Shown: piece by piece, positions 13,014 through 25,800 of the stretch
How the letters are laid out: each line of letters begins with the position of its first letter
Position numbering within the stretch: position 1 is the first letter of the stretch
NCBI GenBank assembly: GCA_951406725.2
Contig: OX597816.1
Coordinates: 54,622,001 to 54,686,000, forward strand
Direction: 5' to 3'
Source of the DNA: Octopus vulgaris
Lineage: Eukaryota
DNA: 64,000 bases
Notes under the pieces: generated by a model
Database searches by the model: none
The model's input: the letters and a program-made list of their open reading frames with translations, nothing else
Told to the model about the DNA's origin: nothing
Position numbers and translations under genes: made by a program

Positions 13014-15659
13014 GCTATTTCTCTACGTATTTAAAAATGTGCGTGCGCCTGTGTGTACGCATGTACGAGTTGGTTGACGTGTTTCTTGTGTCTAAACAAG
13101 GAAAAAGTTCAACCAACGGAAATTGCGACTTGAATATCTCTCAGCTGTTTACGTCTTTACTTCAACGCTCAACTGAACTCTAAATGACAACAAACTTCCT
13201 GGTATCAAAGCAGAGAAACTTCCCTTTCCCTTTCTCTCAACCAACACCCTACAAACATACTTTCATCTTTTTCACTTGTCTTTCTCGATCCTTCCTCCCT
13301 ACACACTCACTCCTCCTCTCTGTCTTTTATATCACATCATTGACATGACTTTCCAACCAAAAGAAAGCTCTGGAAAAACTTAATAAAGCCAAAAAGACCA
13401 AAGTAAATGACAGCATAGTGACAGCTAGAAAACCGAAATTTTGAAGTCACGGTTGACCCTTTCCATGTAAAAATGAATAAGTACGCAGTCTACTAAAATG
13501 TGTCACGCGATTGTTTTTATATATAATTTCACATAAATACAAGAATATATGTATATTTATATACGTGTATATAGATACTTATAAGCACACGCACACACGC
13601 GCGCGCACACGTACACACGCGCGCGCACACGTACAAATGGATAGTTATATAGTGAACAGATGAGATCCAGAGATACACGGTATAGAAAACACTTGGTAGC
13701 GCTCAAATGATTCGAACTTAGACTCCGATGTACGAGGGAACAATTCCGCATGCTAAAGAGTGGCTATAAGAGAAATCCAGGTCAGTAGATATAGAGGCAA
13801 TTAAATATAACGGCTTGGGTTCGACATACAGGTAAGTGATGATATACCGAGCAACAGAAACACTGGATCAATTTTCTTCTGAGGAATTCTGTTTGAAAGT
13901 AATTTTTGCGATAGAAACTGACAAGTCGTATCTCTAATCTTCCACTCTTGGCAGCAGAGTCTTTACTACAGCTTAGACTGAAATTAATGATGCTTTCATT
14001 GAATTAATGCTTATACGAGTTTACAATCGAAACCTCTTCTCACGCTCAAAACGAAAACACAGAATGAAAAAAAGTAAAACCTATCCAAACAATTATATAA
14101 ATTATCGGTACAGTTTTACAGAGCTCCTTGTAACTTTCTTCGGCATTTTTCACAAGAAAATTGTTTTACACATCCCCTCACCAAATAATATAGTGATTGA
14201 TAATATTAATTAAGAAAAATGTGCAAGAGATCAATCGATTTTTCTTTTGTCAAATTGAGAATTTTGGTATCTCAATGTAAGTGAGTTTCAAATTTAGATC
14301 TTCATAGTTTAAGAAATTAATCCTTTTGGACTTAATATTATTAAACAAGTCGTGACAATTAGTAATCAACTTAAATAATAGATTTTGAATATTTAATTGA
14401 AAGGCATTGTTAATGTGCAAAATAGTTAATTCTACAATAAATTTAAACTTTATTTCTTAATTAACAAATTAGCGTTGTTTGTTAACGAATTAACATTTAT
14501 ATAGCATTTATATAGTATTGCGTTTCACAGTTATATTTTGTTTGTTAGTTTCTCTTTGGTAACTTGGTATAAACTCCTACGCTTGATGAAATACCATATG
14601 GACCTATTCGAAATTATTTAGTCAATTATTAATTTAAGAAGTCGTTAACGTCATTTCGTTTAACGTCACACAACGTTGTTTTAATTAGCATAATTTTATT
14701 ATAACGTTGAACACACACACACAAAGTAAAGTAAAATTAATGCTAAATTTATATTTTCTTTTGATTCTTGTTCATGTTTCATCTATCAATTAATTCCTCA
14801 TATTTCGTCTATTTCCCAGTTGTCCTCTAAAGTATATTCCTAATGTGTCTCCCGTCTGCATCCATCCAGATGAAAGTTTTTTAATACACGACCATACTTC
14901 AAGTGTAAAAGGACGAAAATTGAAGAAACATTTTCTTTCTACTAACTATACCTTCTTTAATATATTGAGTACAATGGTTCTTTATTCGGTTTTCTATCGG
15001 AGAGTTACTGTTCTGTCGGTTATATTGGCGAGATATTAAATGAAAATTAAATTAAATTGAAACAAAATAAATAAATATTGTGGAAGAAAGAGGAAACTAA
15101 AAAACAAAGTTTGGTGGCAAACGACCTTTCTTACAATCTTCGCTTTGTAAGCATTCGTGATTTATCTCCCTTTTGCAAGGGTACACGAACCTAAATTGTG
15201 CACCATTGCTCGCTATAGATATATACAGATGTTACTGGAACAGTTCGCCCGGACGGCAACTAACCAATGCAATTCTGAAAAAATTATATCTTATCCCCAA
15301 AATATATAACGTGTTTAGCTGCCCCGAAAAATTGACTCGGAATAAAAAGAGCAGAACCAAAAATCTGGAAAGCCTTTCAAGCTTATTGATGGAAGATATG
15401 CACCAATGTAACTTTTCTGTTTGCTAATTGCCATCTTAAAGTTTATATGGTGACTTCTAGCAATACAAGGTTCTAGGTCTGAAAGGGATAAAATTGTATA
15501 ACGCAGCTGGAAGGATAGTCTGCAAGTGCCAACCAATAAACCGCAGCTACTCTTCCGGCCTTTCTAAAAAAATATTATTGACTAATTAGACTAAAAGCTG
15601 CTAAAATATTTTAATAATGACACAACGTTTTGTTCTAAACGCTAACGTCAAAACGAACT

Positions 15660-15884
15660 TCTTTTCTTTCTTTCTCTTACTTGTTTCAGTCATTTGACTG
15701 CGGCCATGCTGGAGCACCGCCTTTAGTCGAGCAAATCGACCCCAGAACTTATTCTTTGTAAGCCTAGTACTTATTCTATCGGTGGGACTGAACCCGAAAA
15801 CATGTGGTTGGTAAGCAAGCTACTTACCACACAGCCACTCCTGTGCCTATGCCACTCCTGCGCCTATGCCACTCCTGCGCCTAT
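15660..15884 (-). mobile_element. SINE family B, internally deleted, with triplicated 17-bp 5' end
   Basis: Reverse complement of family B tail and head; gccactcctg(t/c)gcctat x3 at 15834-15884. Confidence 0.9.
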
Positions 15885-16089
15885 CTGTCTCTAAAATATA
15901 AAAACAAATCTGCCCTAGGGTTTCTGGCTGACAGAAATGTTCGGATTCTCCTTATTTAGTGGTAAAGCTTCACATCCAAAACTGCAGTCCTTGCCTGTTA
16001 AAGATTCGGAGACTTCACGAACTGTGAAAATCTACTTTAAGGCAAACCTTCCTGGTGTACGGCGTTCAAATAGAAAGGAGTGGATCACG

Positions 16090-16365
16090 GGATAGGACGA
16101 AAGATAAAATAGATCTCGGTGGAATTTGAACAGTACATAATGACGGACAAAATGCCACTATGAATTTTGCTCGGCATACTAACAATTTTCTAGCTTGCCG
16201 GCTTCAGCTATAATTTAATACAACAGTTTATCAGACGGCGTGCAGGCAAAATGCTTAGCGGCACTTCATCTGTCTTTGCGTTCTGTGTTCAAATGGCACT
16301 GAGGTCGACGTAGTATTTCATGCTTTCAGGGTCGATAAAATAAGTCCCAGTTGAGCACTGGGGCT
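16090..16365. mobile_element. Two diverged SINE family A copies, divergently oriented (- about 16090-16200, + about 16232-16365)
   Basis: ctcggtggaatttgaac on -, gttcaaatggcactgaggtcgac..gggtcgataaaataagtcccagttgagcactgggg on +. Confidence 0.7.
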
Positions 16366-16380
16366 GCTAGTCTTCTATAA

Positions 16381-16460
16381 AATCAACCTTGTCCGGACTT
16401 GTGCCTTGAAGGAGAACTGCCTAGGTGCAGTCACATGGTCATTCATGACTGAAGGGGATA
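16381..16460 (+). mobile_element. 3' fragment of SINE family D
   Basis: caaccttgtccggacttgtgcc..ggtcattcatgactgaagggg matches 37392-37466. Confidence 0.75.
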
Positions 16461-16461
16461 T

Positions 16462-16464
16462 CTA

Positions 16465-16527
<63 letters not shown>
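16462..16527. repeat. (TAC)n microsatellite
   Basis: Directly visible. Confidence 0.95.
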
Positions 16528-16528
<1 letters not shown>

Positions 16529-16599
16529 ACACACATATATAAACATATATGTAAACTCACTTGGAAATGGATACGTTGCGTTCAATTAAATAATAATGT

Positions 16600-16630
<31 letters not shown>

Positions 16631-16855
16631 AGAAATATTGAGTTTCTAAATCTCTCGTAGAGAGGTGTACGGTGGTGGAGCGATATAATGGTTGTATACT
16701 GTCAATCTAACAAGAACGTGACAGTAGGGGTACACCACCGTTATATAGCCCTAGGAGGCATCGAGCCGTCAGGAGGCGTTCGATGCCTCCTAGGGCTATA
16801 TAACGGTGGTGTACCCCCTACTGTCACGTTCTTGTTAGATTGACAGTATACAACC

Positions 16856-16862
<7 letters not shown>
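16631..16862. mobile_element. Fold-back insertion 1: 52-bp tail plus 82-bp inverted arms (16683-16764 / 16780-16862), in (TA)n; probable Penelope-like inverted terminal repeat
   Basis: Arms are reverse complements apart from one homopolymer length; TA tracts on both sides. Confidence 0.7.
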
Positions 16863-16893
<31 letters not shown>

Positions 16894-16896
<3 letters not shown>

Positions 16897-17340
16897 CAAC
16901 AATTGAGGGTAAATTTACTTAATTAATTATTAATCAATTTCACCAAGTGTTCAGTATGTAAAGGGACCATTTAAGGCGAATTCAAATTATTACATTATAT
17001 AAAAGGGCTTAGTAAAATAAATTACTTTGCCACATACTGAACTCATTAGAAATAGCAGCTAAAAAACTTTTTTAAAACTATTTCTAATACTTAAAGAAAA
17101 TCTCTCTCATATAGTGCTTGCTCAATTCAACTCACGAAAGTATGGGGTAAAGACATTAAAAAATTTGATTTTTTAATGTCTTTACCCCCATACTTTCGTG
17201 AGTTGAATTGAGCAAGCACTATATGAGAGAGATTTTCTTTAAGTATTAGAAATAGTTTTAAAAAAGTTTTTTTAGCTGCTATTTCTAATGAGTTCAGTAT
17301 GTGGCAAAGTAATTTATTTTACTAAGCCCTTTTATATAAT
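16894..17340. mobile_element. Fold-back insertion 2: ~100-bp tail plus ~171-bp inverted arms (16994-17164 / 17168-17340), 3-nt loop, in (TA)n
   Basis: Arms are reverse complements apart from two homopolymer lengths; TA tracts on both sides. Confidence 0.7.
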
Positions 17341-17379
17341 ATATATATATATATATATGTGTGTATGTATGTATGTATG

Positions 17380-17792
<413 letters not shown>

Positions 17793-18844
17793 ATATATAT
17801 AATTATATATATATATATATATATGTATATGCATATATGGGTACAGGACGTCACCAACAGTAAACAACATGAAATACGAAAACAAATGAGTTAAATACAC
17901 AAATAAAGAGAGATTATGTCACACTTCACTCCTTCCTAACCTTCTTCAGCCAACTACCATCCACGTATACCCTAAATATATCTTATACAATCTGCACCAA
18001 CTCTGTCGACAGAAACGTCGAAAACATTCTTCAATGAAACCATTACCAGTTTTGTCAACTTCAACCTCACAAAAACACAATCACTGCACATATCATGAAA
18101 ACGAAATTCTACAGAAGCTCGCAGCTACGTTCAATTGTTGCGGCAATGAAGAATTTCAAAGAAGATGAAAATAATTTCAATTGTTTATAGTGCGTAAACT
18201 TAAATTCAAATTTTAACTAATTCCATTTCTATCACTCTCCTTCCAGAAAATTAACGAACTTTGACAAAAAGGCAAAACTTGAAATGAAACATTTTGTATC
18301 CTTCGCTAATCTCTTTCTTTGCCAAAACATTTTCTTTTTTCAAAACGAGATAATATTATATAATCACTAAGTTCACAATTGATTTGTGTTGATGAGATTC
18401 AACTAGATCGAAATAAATGACGTGATAACGGTATGCGTTGCTGCCCCCTATAAATAGTAGGTTCTTGGTGTGATTTATGTAGACGTTATTAAAGGAACTT
18501 TAACATAAACTGTAAGATTTATGCGTCGTCATTTATTTATACGTGGATGCAATTTGCATGTTTTTATTTTATTTTACATTCTCTTAGGTGTATTGATTCC
18601 TTTATAAATTATTTACTTTTGTTAGGAATTTTGTAGCATATTAATGTGTTGTCTACATATGTTTTCTTATCTAGTTGTGTTTCTGCTGTGCAACGGATAG
18701 GACAAGGTATCTTCTCCTTATTCTAAGTGTATGATGTTTTGGCAAGGGAGTTCCATATTTCTGTGGTTAGTGAGGATCGTATATGGAGTTTACAACTACC
18801 AGGTTTGTAATGGAATTTATAAATCGCATTTATATTGGAATTTG

Positions 18845-18992
18845 ACCCTGGGTTTACAGTTCGGCAAATGATATCCATTGAGTAAGTACGAGGATTTAAA
18901 AAAAATAAGAATTGGAGGACGATTCGTTCGTCTAAATTTCTTCAAGCCGATGGTCCAGCATGGTCGCCGTCCAATGACTGAAACAAGATAAA
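18845..18992 (+). mobile_element. Diverged 3' half of SINE family B
   Basis: cagttcggcaaa..ccagcatggtcgccgtccaatgactgaaacaag. Confidence 0.7.
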
Positions 18993-19255
18993 CGGTAGCA
19001 ATTGAACAGATCTGGAGTAGACCGAACGAAGTGACCAGAAACTGTGTCTCGTTGAGGACTTAGTGTCCAACTTAGTACCAATAACGAATCTGCTGAAACA
19101 ATTATCAGAGAGGGCGACAGTGCGGCGTAGGGTACGTGAACGGAGCAACGCTTTAAAAAATGATGAGGCCCTAATCGTTTGTCGTATCAGAGATATGTTT
19201 GTGGTTTAACAACGCCTCATACACAAGCACACTCACACAGTTAAGGGCAAACACG

Positions 19256-19314
<59 letters not shown>

Positions 19315-20104
19315 ACACACATTGTTACTATTCATATATAAAGAACATAAATTATCTCATGTTTTATGTTTGAGTATGTAATCATATGAATGTCTCTCTC
19401 TCTCTTGGCAAATCTCTCGTTCAATCTCTCTATATGTCTCTCCCTCTCTCTCCCTCCCCCTCCCTTCCACCTTTCTCCCTTTCTCCCTATTTCTTTCTTA
19501 CGTCGATATCAACTGGTGCAAAGCAATCTCGTTTCTCAGCTTTCGTCACCTATCATTATCCTTCAGCTGTGATCATTGAGAAATACATGCCATCACAATG
19601 ACAGGTAACACATAAATCAAGTGAGAAACAAAAGACGTTAACAGTGAGTGTGTATTATTTATCGCCTATTGATTCCCACAGAGATTGCAATTCACTCGTC
19701 TCATTTCTGTATATTTATATACAACCACCCGTATCTACGCAGTTATAAACACTATTAAAGGAGACTCAGCCACCATGCATTAATGAGTCTTTTCGTATCA
19801 TCAAATAAGAATTTTGCCTCAGATTATTTTCTATAAATGTGTGATGCTAAAGAATTCAGGGATTACGCAGAAGTGTTTGATCCATTTCTCTAATTCCATG
19901 AAAAGTATCAATGATTAAGAGTCAAACCAGAAGCGTGAAAATAAATTAAACAATAACATGTTGGTTAAATTTCTGTGAATTTTAATGGTTTTATAGCGTT
20001 TCATTATATTTAGAATGCGTGCCTAGTTGAATACACTATATATCTATATATATATTCTTCGATATATTTCCTATCTATATAAGTGTGTGTGTATGTGTAT
20101 GTAT

Positions 20105-20252
20105 AGTTGAAATTTACAGAAAATTAAAGACGAAGACAGGTTTATAAACAAAAAACAGGTGTATTAGTTTGACGCTCGAGAAGCTGAGAAAGTCTTTTAC
20201 ATTTCGAGCCTACGCTCTTCAACATGAAGGAACACGAGGAAATAAACTGAGA
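20105..20252 (-). mobile_element. Short Penelope-like terminal-repeat element with degenerate hammerhead motif, next to TA-rich microsatellite
   Basis: Minus strand AUGUUGA-A-GAGC-GUAG-GCUC-GAAA-UGUA-AAAG (20192-20230); homologous to 28270-28463. Confidence 0.6.
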
Positions 20253-20263
20253 TAATATATATA

Positions 20264-20347
<84 letters not shown>

Positions 20348-20743
20348 AAGGGACAGAGATATATACATGCATACATACATATATTTACCATGCTGGACTG
20401 CTGTAAACACAACAACGCATGTAGCAATGGTGCGTCTTGAACACAGATACAAAGACACACACACACATATCTACATACATCTATATGTAGTTGGGAAGCA
20501 AGCCCTTTACCACACAGTCACAGACGCGCTCCTGTCCCCATAAAACCACACCTGCGCCAATAAAGCCTGTTGCCTATAAAGCGAAGCCTGTGTCTATAAA
20601 GACACGCAAATGTAGCAGTAGGTAAATATTACTGTTTGATAGTTCTGGGTGAAATCTGAACGTGGACGAGCTTTATACTGTACGCTGCTACGTTCTTAAC
20701 AGAATATAACCTAACTATATATATACATATATACAAACGTGTA

Positions 20744-20805
<62 letters not shown>

Positions 20806-20807
<2 letters not shown>

Positions 20808-21005
20808 CCGGAGTAAACACATAAATGTGAAACAAGGTGGAAAAAAGAGTACTCAAATACCAATGGTAGAGTAATATGCTTTATTTAAAAACAGCAGAAA
20901 TTCAACAAAACCTGTTACTCTGAGTTTCACGTTCCCGTTCGACGAACGGGAACGTGAAACTCAGAGTAACAGGTTTTGTCGAATTTCTGCTGCTTTTAAA
21001 TAAAG

Positions 21006-21010
<5 letters not shown>
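20806..21010. mobile_element. Fold-back insertion 3: ~68-bp tail plus 68-bp inverted arms (20874-20941 / 20943-21010) containing a truncated hammerhead motif, in (TA)n
   Basis: Arms differ by 3 transitions; right arm reads GACGA-ACG-GGAA-CGU-GAAA-CUCAGA-GUA-ACAG. Confidence 0.75.
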
Positions 21011-21066
<56 letters not shown>

Positions 21067-21224
21067 ATGTATACGTTTGTATATATGTTGTAGCCGTCCG
21101 TGAAATTTCTTTTGTGTGTATGTTTGTGTGGGTGCATGGGTTGGGTTCGTATGTTGATTATTTTTTCTATCTATCTCTATTTCTTATATTTACCACAGGT
21201 ATATGGCAAATATATTTATTTATT

Positions 21225-21640
21225 AGTCGCAGGATTGGCTGTTTGGTAAGTAGCTTGCTTACTAGCCACATGGTTCCAGGCTCAGTCCCACTGCGTGGCA
21301 CCTTGAGCAAGTGTCTTCTACTATAGCCTCGGGCCGACCAAAGCCTTGTGAGTTGATTTGGTAGACGGAAACTGAAAGAAGCCCGTCATATATATGCATA
21401 AGTATATATTTAAATGTATGTGTTTGTGTGTCTGTGTTTGTCTCCCCCTCCCCCAACATCGCTTGACAACTGATGCTGGTGTGTTTACGTCCCCGTAACT
21501 TAGCGGTTCGGCAAAAGACACCGGTAGAATAAGTACTAGGCTTACAAAGAATAAGTCCTGGGGTCGATTTGCTCGACTAAAGGCGGTGCTCCAGCATGGC
21601 CGCAGTCAAATGACTGAAACAAGTAAAACTCGTAAAAAAG
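21225..21640 (+). mobile_element. tRNA-derived SINE family B, near full length
   Basis: tggtaagtagcttgc..cagtcccactgcgtggcaccttgagcaagtgtc..ggcggtgctccagcatggccgcagtcaaatgactgaaacaagtaaaa. Confidence 0.92.
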
Positions 21641-21705
21641 CGTTATCTATTTATTTATTTTATCTTTATTTATTTATGTATATTTCTTATATGTATCACA
21701 CGTAA

Positions 21706-21737
<32 letters not shown>

Positions 21738-21961
21738 CTATTGTGTGTGTATTACTCTGTATATATCTGTGTACTATTTACAATTTTTTTCCTTCTTTAT
21801 TCTCTTCACTTCTGTCTTTAATCATGTGTTGTAGGTATTATTGTCCATTCATTTTTTCTATTGAAGCTCTGTCTGTCTGCTGCTATGTGTGTAACCTCTG
21901 CGATCTGTCACGAGACTTAGAATGAAGTAAGTAGAGGAAGAGCACACACGAAAACGAAATG

Positions 21962-22006
21962 TGTCGCTGAAGAGGTCACAGATGTGCGACGAAAGATTTC
22001 CGGACA
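21962..22006 (+). ncRNA. Degenerate minimal hammerhead-like motif in a probable Penelope-like terminal repeat
   Basis: UGUCG-CUGAAGA-G-GUC-ACAGAUGUGC-GAC-GAAA-GAU-UUC-CGGACA; AATAAA about 50 bp downstream. Confidence 0.45.
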
Positions 22007-24912
22007 ATGAAAATGAGGCAGAATTTAAAAAAAAATAAGTATAGTAATAAACGAGTGAAGAACAAGTATATTGTGTGTGTGTTTACTTGGCAAAAAAAAG
22101 TGACAGTCTCGAAATTCATCTGTTTTAACACACGATTTCACATCAGGAATCATGCAACACAAATTGACATACGTGGATGTAAAGATACACTGCACCTCCA
22201 GTGTAGCGTGGGACATTCAAAGTATGTGGACTCCAAAGGGCTCTAACACTGGGATTAAGTGTACAAATATGTTGAAATCATGTTGCATTTAAAGAAGGGG
22301 TCGGCTAATTTGGCCACCACCACATTGAGCGGCTAAATTCCGTCCCAAAACGAACGCCACGTCACTGCCATACGTACAGTTACTCGAACACTGTTACAAT
22401 CTATTCATATTGAAGCTACATTCACAGATTTGCTGTCGAAATGTCACCCATGCAATTTTTTCTCTACTTATCTATCAGTGGTTTAAAACGAATTCATCCA
22501 TTATTTAACCTCTTGTACAATTCTTTAACAATAATTTATTTGAGGTTATATTTTTTTAGAGAACTGTCAAAATTGTTGAGATTTCATTAGTGAAGATGCC
22601 AATAAAATGTTTATTTAGTGATATGTCAAGGGATGTTTCTTTATGTTACTATGACAACCGGATCAACCACGACAAAAGTGTTTTTTAAAGAGACCCTTTG
22701 TTGAGGAAATATTTTTTGAAAGAAAAAAACTTTCGTTTGACTTGTCAGGAAACTACACTGATGTTATAAATAGACGATTGATTATAATTGGATCAAGCCG
22801 GTTGTTATCCTAGCCTTCCTCTTATTATAGAATACTTGTGAAATATTTCACTTATACGTTGCAAGAAGATGAATAGGAAATATGTTGACAATAACATATA
22901 ATTTTATTTCCAATCTGGACATGTTGTATGTCACTGAAACAAATACTTTTAGCGGTTTATCTCATTTCTAGCTTCTCCCGATCATGGGGCTCTTCTGCCT
23001 GATTTGTTAGTTTCGACTCACTCTAGAAATATAACCAGGTTTATAAATCATAATTGACAGCCTGTGTATTTTAGTGTATATATTCTGCATTCAGCGAGAC
23101 TTCAGGATTATTTGCCATAAACCAATTACTAACACATATGGCACGTTTATTTTAACAAATCTTTAAAACCATTATCAACAATAAATTTATCATTTTCGAA
23201 TTCATTTCCAGAAATATATCATCGGCAGCAATGAACTTTCCTAAACAAATCCACAGCAGACTCCTTGCTCAAATTTCAAGTAAAAGAGAGAAAAAATAAA
23301 ACGTTGAACTCAAAAGAAGACAAGTCAGATCATTATTCTTTCCCTTTAAACTTAAAAGTATTTTTCACTCAAAATCTCTGCCCGCCACCCAATTCCAGCA
23401 TCTTTACAGATCAATATATTTGCTGTCTTTAATTGATATAAAATACAAGAAACGTTTATTTTAATATTTTGGTGAATATTTCAGTGTTTCAAAAAAGAAA
23501 AAAGGCCGTTTAATGAGTTTCTGTTTAGTAATTAGTAAAATATTTATTTTAGGAGATTAAAAAAATATTAAACCAATTAATCACATAAATCTCTTAAAAA
23601 GTTATCGCGTGTTCTGACCAATTAATTATAGTTATTGTCTTAATATACACAATAAATATATTCCTTAACCGACTTCTATTCAATTAATTAGACATATCAG
23701 CATAATACATTTTTCAGATTTAGCGAAGCTGAAGACAAAGAACTTGATGCAGCATTCAAAGACAATTTTGGCACCGGTATCATGTCTGTAGCGAATTAAA
23801 TGCTCCAAATGTGATTGTCGATCAAGATTTTGATTTGTTACTAATAGTTTAGAAAATTATATTTGTTCAGTCATGTTGTTGACTTTTGCTTAAAAAGGAA
23901 GACATTTTTCTAAAAACAAATTTAATCGACATTTTAAAAAATCAATACTTAATATTACATTACACGTTATATTGTTTTATTCCCTTGCGTATTTGTATTC
24001 AAACCGTAATAGCTTAGTTCTTCCAAGACAGGGGCCCATCGGGTGTTTTCGAACAAATAATAGTAGAAGATCATTAGATTAAAAACGTCCAATTTTGTTA
24101 ATTAAGTAGTTATCCTGTGAATATCTAAAATCGATAAATATGACATTTTTAACCTTGTAGTTCTTTTTCGGTTTGTAACAAGACAAGGAAGCTGCAGAAT
24201 ATAAAATATGATGGGTTTTAAGGAATCAAATAAAGACTAAAGAGATTTTATGGCAGAATCTGAAGATATTACACCAGAGTTCAAGTAAACCTGGAATAAA
24301 ATTAGTTCTATGGCGACTGTACACTTAATTCCTCATTTCGTTCAAAACCATCAAACGGCTCACGCATTCTTTTAGCATTATTTACTCTGTGGAAGCCAGG
24401 TGTCCCAGCTAAATTCATCTTATGCTCACCTGGGAATGGACGCCATAAAGAATGACACGAGCGCTCTCTTTACACCTCTCATTAAACTATCGAAAACAAA
24501 ACGAAAATGGCTTTTTAGATAATGGCTTAAAGCAACAACACTCTTGACTATTTCTCACGTGCTAGAAGATATGAAGTGTTAGCGGCGAAGAAGAATTCAC
24601 TTTGACGACGGCTGAATATCAATGGCAGACTAACAACAGCAGCATTGTTGACACAATGGACTGTACTGTGGAAATATAAATATCATGTATACACTATAAA
24701 TGTGTACAAAGAAGGGGGGGGGTAACTGATTCCAGGGTTAGATAGATGCAGCCTTCCCCTCTCTCTCTCTCACTAAAGTCACCTCTTCTTGTCTCCTCTC
24801 AGTGAAAGGTATGAGCTGAAGAAGGCGTCTACTTACAGCCACATGCAGCGACTGCATTGTCTATGAGAAAGAAAATGCTTATGCTGCACCTTCAGGCGCG
24901 ATTGCGAATATC

Positions 24913-25201
24913 ATACATACATACATACATACATACATACAAGCAAATACATATGTTTATACATACATGCATACATACATAAATACATACATACATGCAT
25001 ACATAAATACATTTATACATGCATACATAAATTTATACATATATAAATATATACATACATACATACACACATTTATACATACATACATAAAGACATTAAT
25101 ACATACATGCATACATAAATTTATACATACATACATACACACATTTATACATAATTATATATCTAATGTATATATTTATACATACATACATACATACATA
25201 C
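24913..25201. repeat. Degenerate (CATA)n microsatellite
   Basis: Directly visible. Confidence 0.95.
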
Positions 25202-25800
25202 AAAGAAGCAAATTATTATACGTCTCACTATCAACAAGTGAAGAAGGAGATAGAAATTATGTCTGGAAACAGCAAAAAGGGGACACTTACTTGCAAACTG
25301 ATCACGCTGAAGCAGGGGCGAAAAGTTGTCAGTGAGAAACTTCAATATCAGGAGAAAATATCCGACAGAAAAACATTAAGCAAAAAAAAAAATAATGCAA
25401 ACCAAGCAGCAGTATACAGAGGCATGAGAGGGGGTGGTGGAATCAGTGAACATCACGGAAGCTCCTCCACGAGGAGACATAGACTCCTTCTGGATTAAAA
25501 TCTGGAGTGAAGAGAAGCAATTTGGCCAAGATGCTCTGTGGCTGGAGGACATTCGAAGAAGTTATGGTCCTTGCATTACATCCAAGACATATAGCATTGA
25601 TGGTGATACCTTTGTAACTGTGATCCAGAAACTCCAGAATGGAGAAGCACCTGGAAGAAACTTGGATATTGGTACAAGAAGCTAACCTTCTACCGACCAT
25701 ATCCTATCAATCTGTACCAGCAAGCTTTAATTGGAAACAGTAGCATACCACACTGGTTAGCTCTGGCAGAGATAAATTTGATCTCCAAATGCCAAACCAC
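25200..25800 (+). pseudogene. Decayed R4/Dong-clade non-LTR fragment (pre-RT / RT N-terminal region)
   Basis: ORF 25434-25685 FWIKIWSEEKQF..WLEDIRRSY..IQKLQNGEAPG resembles the FWxxIW..WK(A/S)PGxD region of R4-type ORFs; frameshifted. Confidence 0.7.

Noticed and set aside
16683-17340. MITE or foldback DNA transposon interpretation of the palindromes
   Set aside because: The inverted arms do not reach both outer ends (one-sided tails), and equivalent structures contain outward-facing hammerhead motifs, which fits Penelope-like integration better. A sequencing fold-back artefact is not fully excluded for these two near-perfect cases.
24815-24850. Other CTGANGA hits as hammerheads (24817, 3892, 43346, 47843 minus, 49946, 57286)
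   Set aside because: Each lacks a properly placed GAAA, stem II or NUH site; at best they are decayed remnants and cannot be told from chance.
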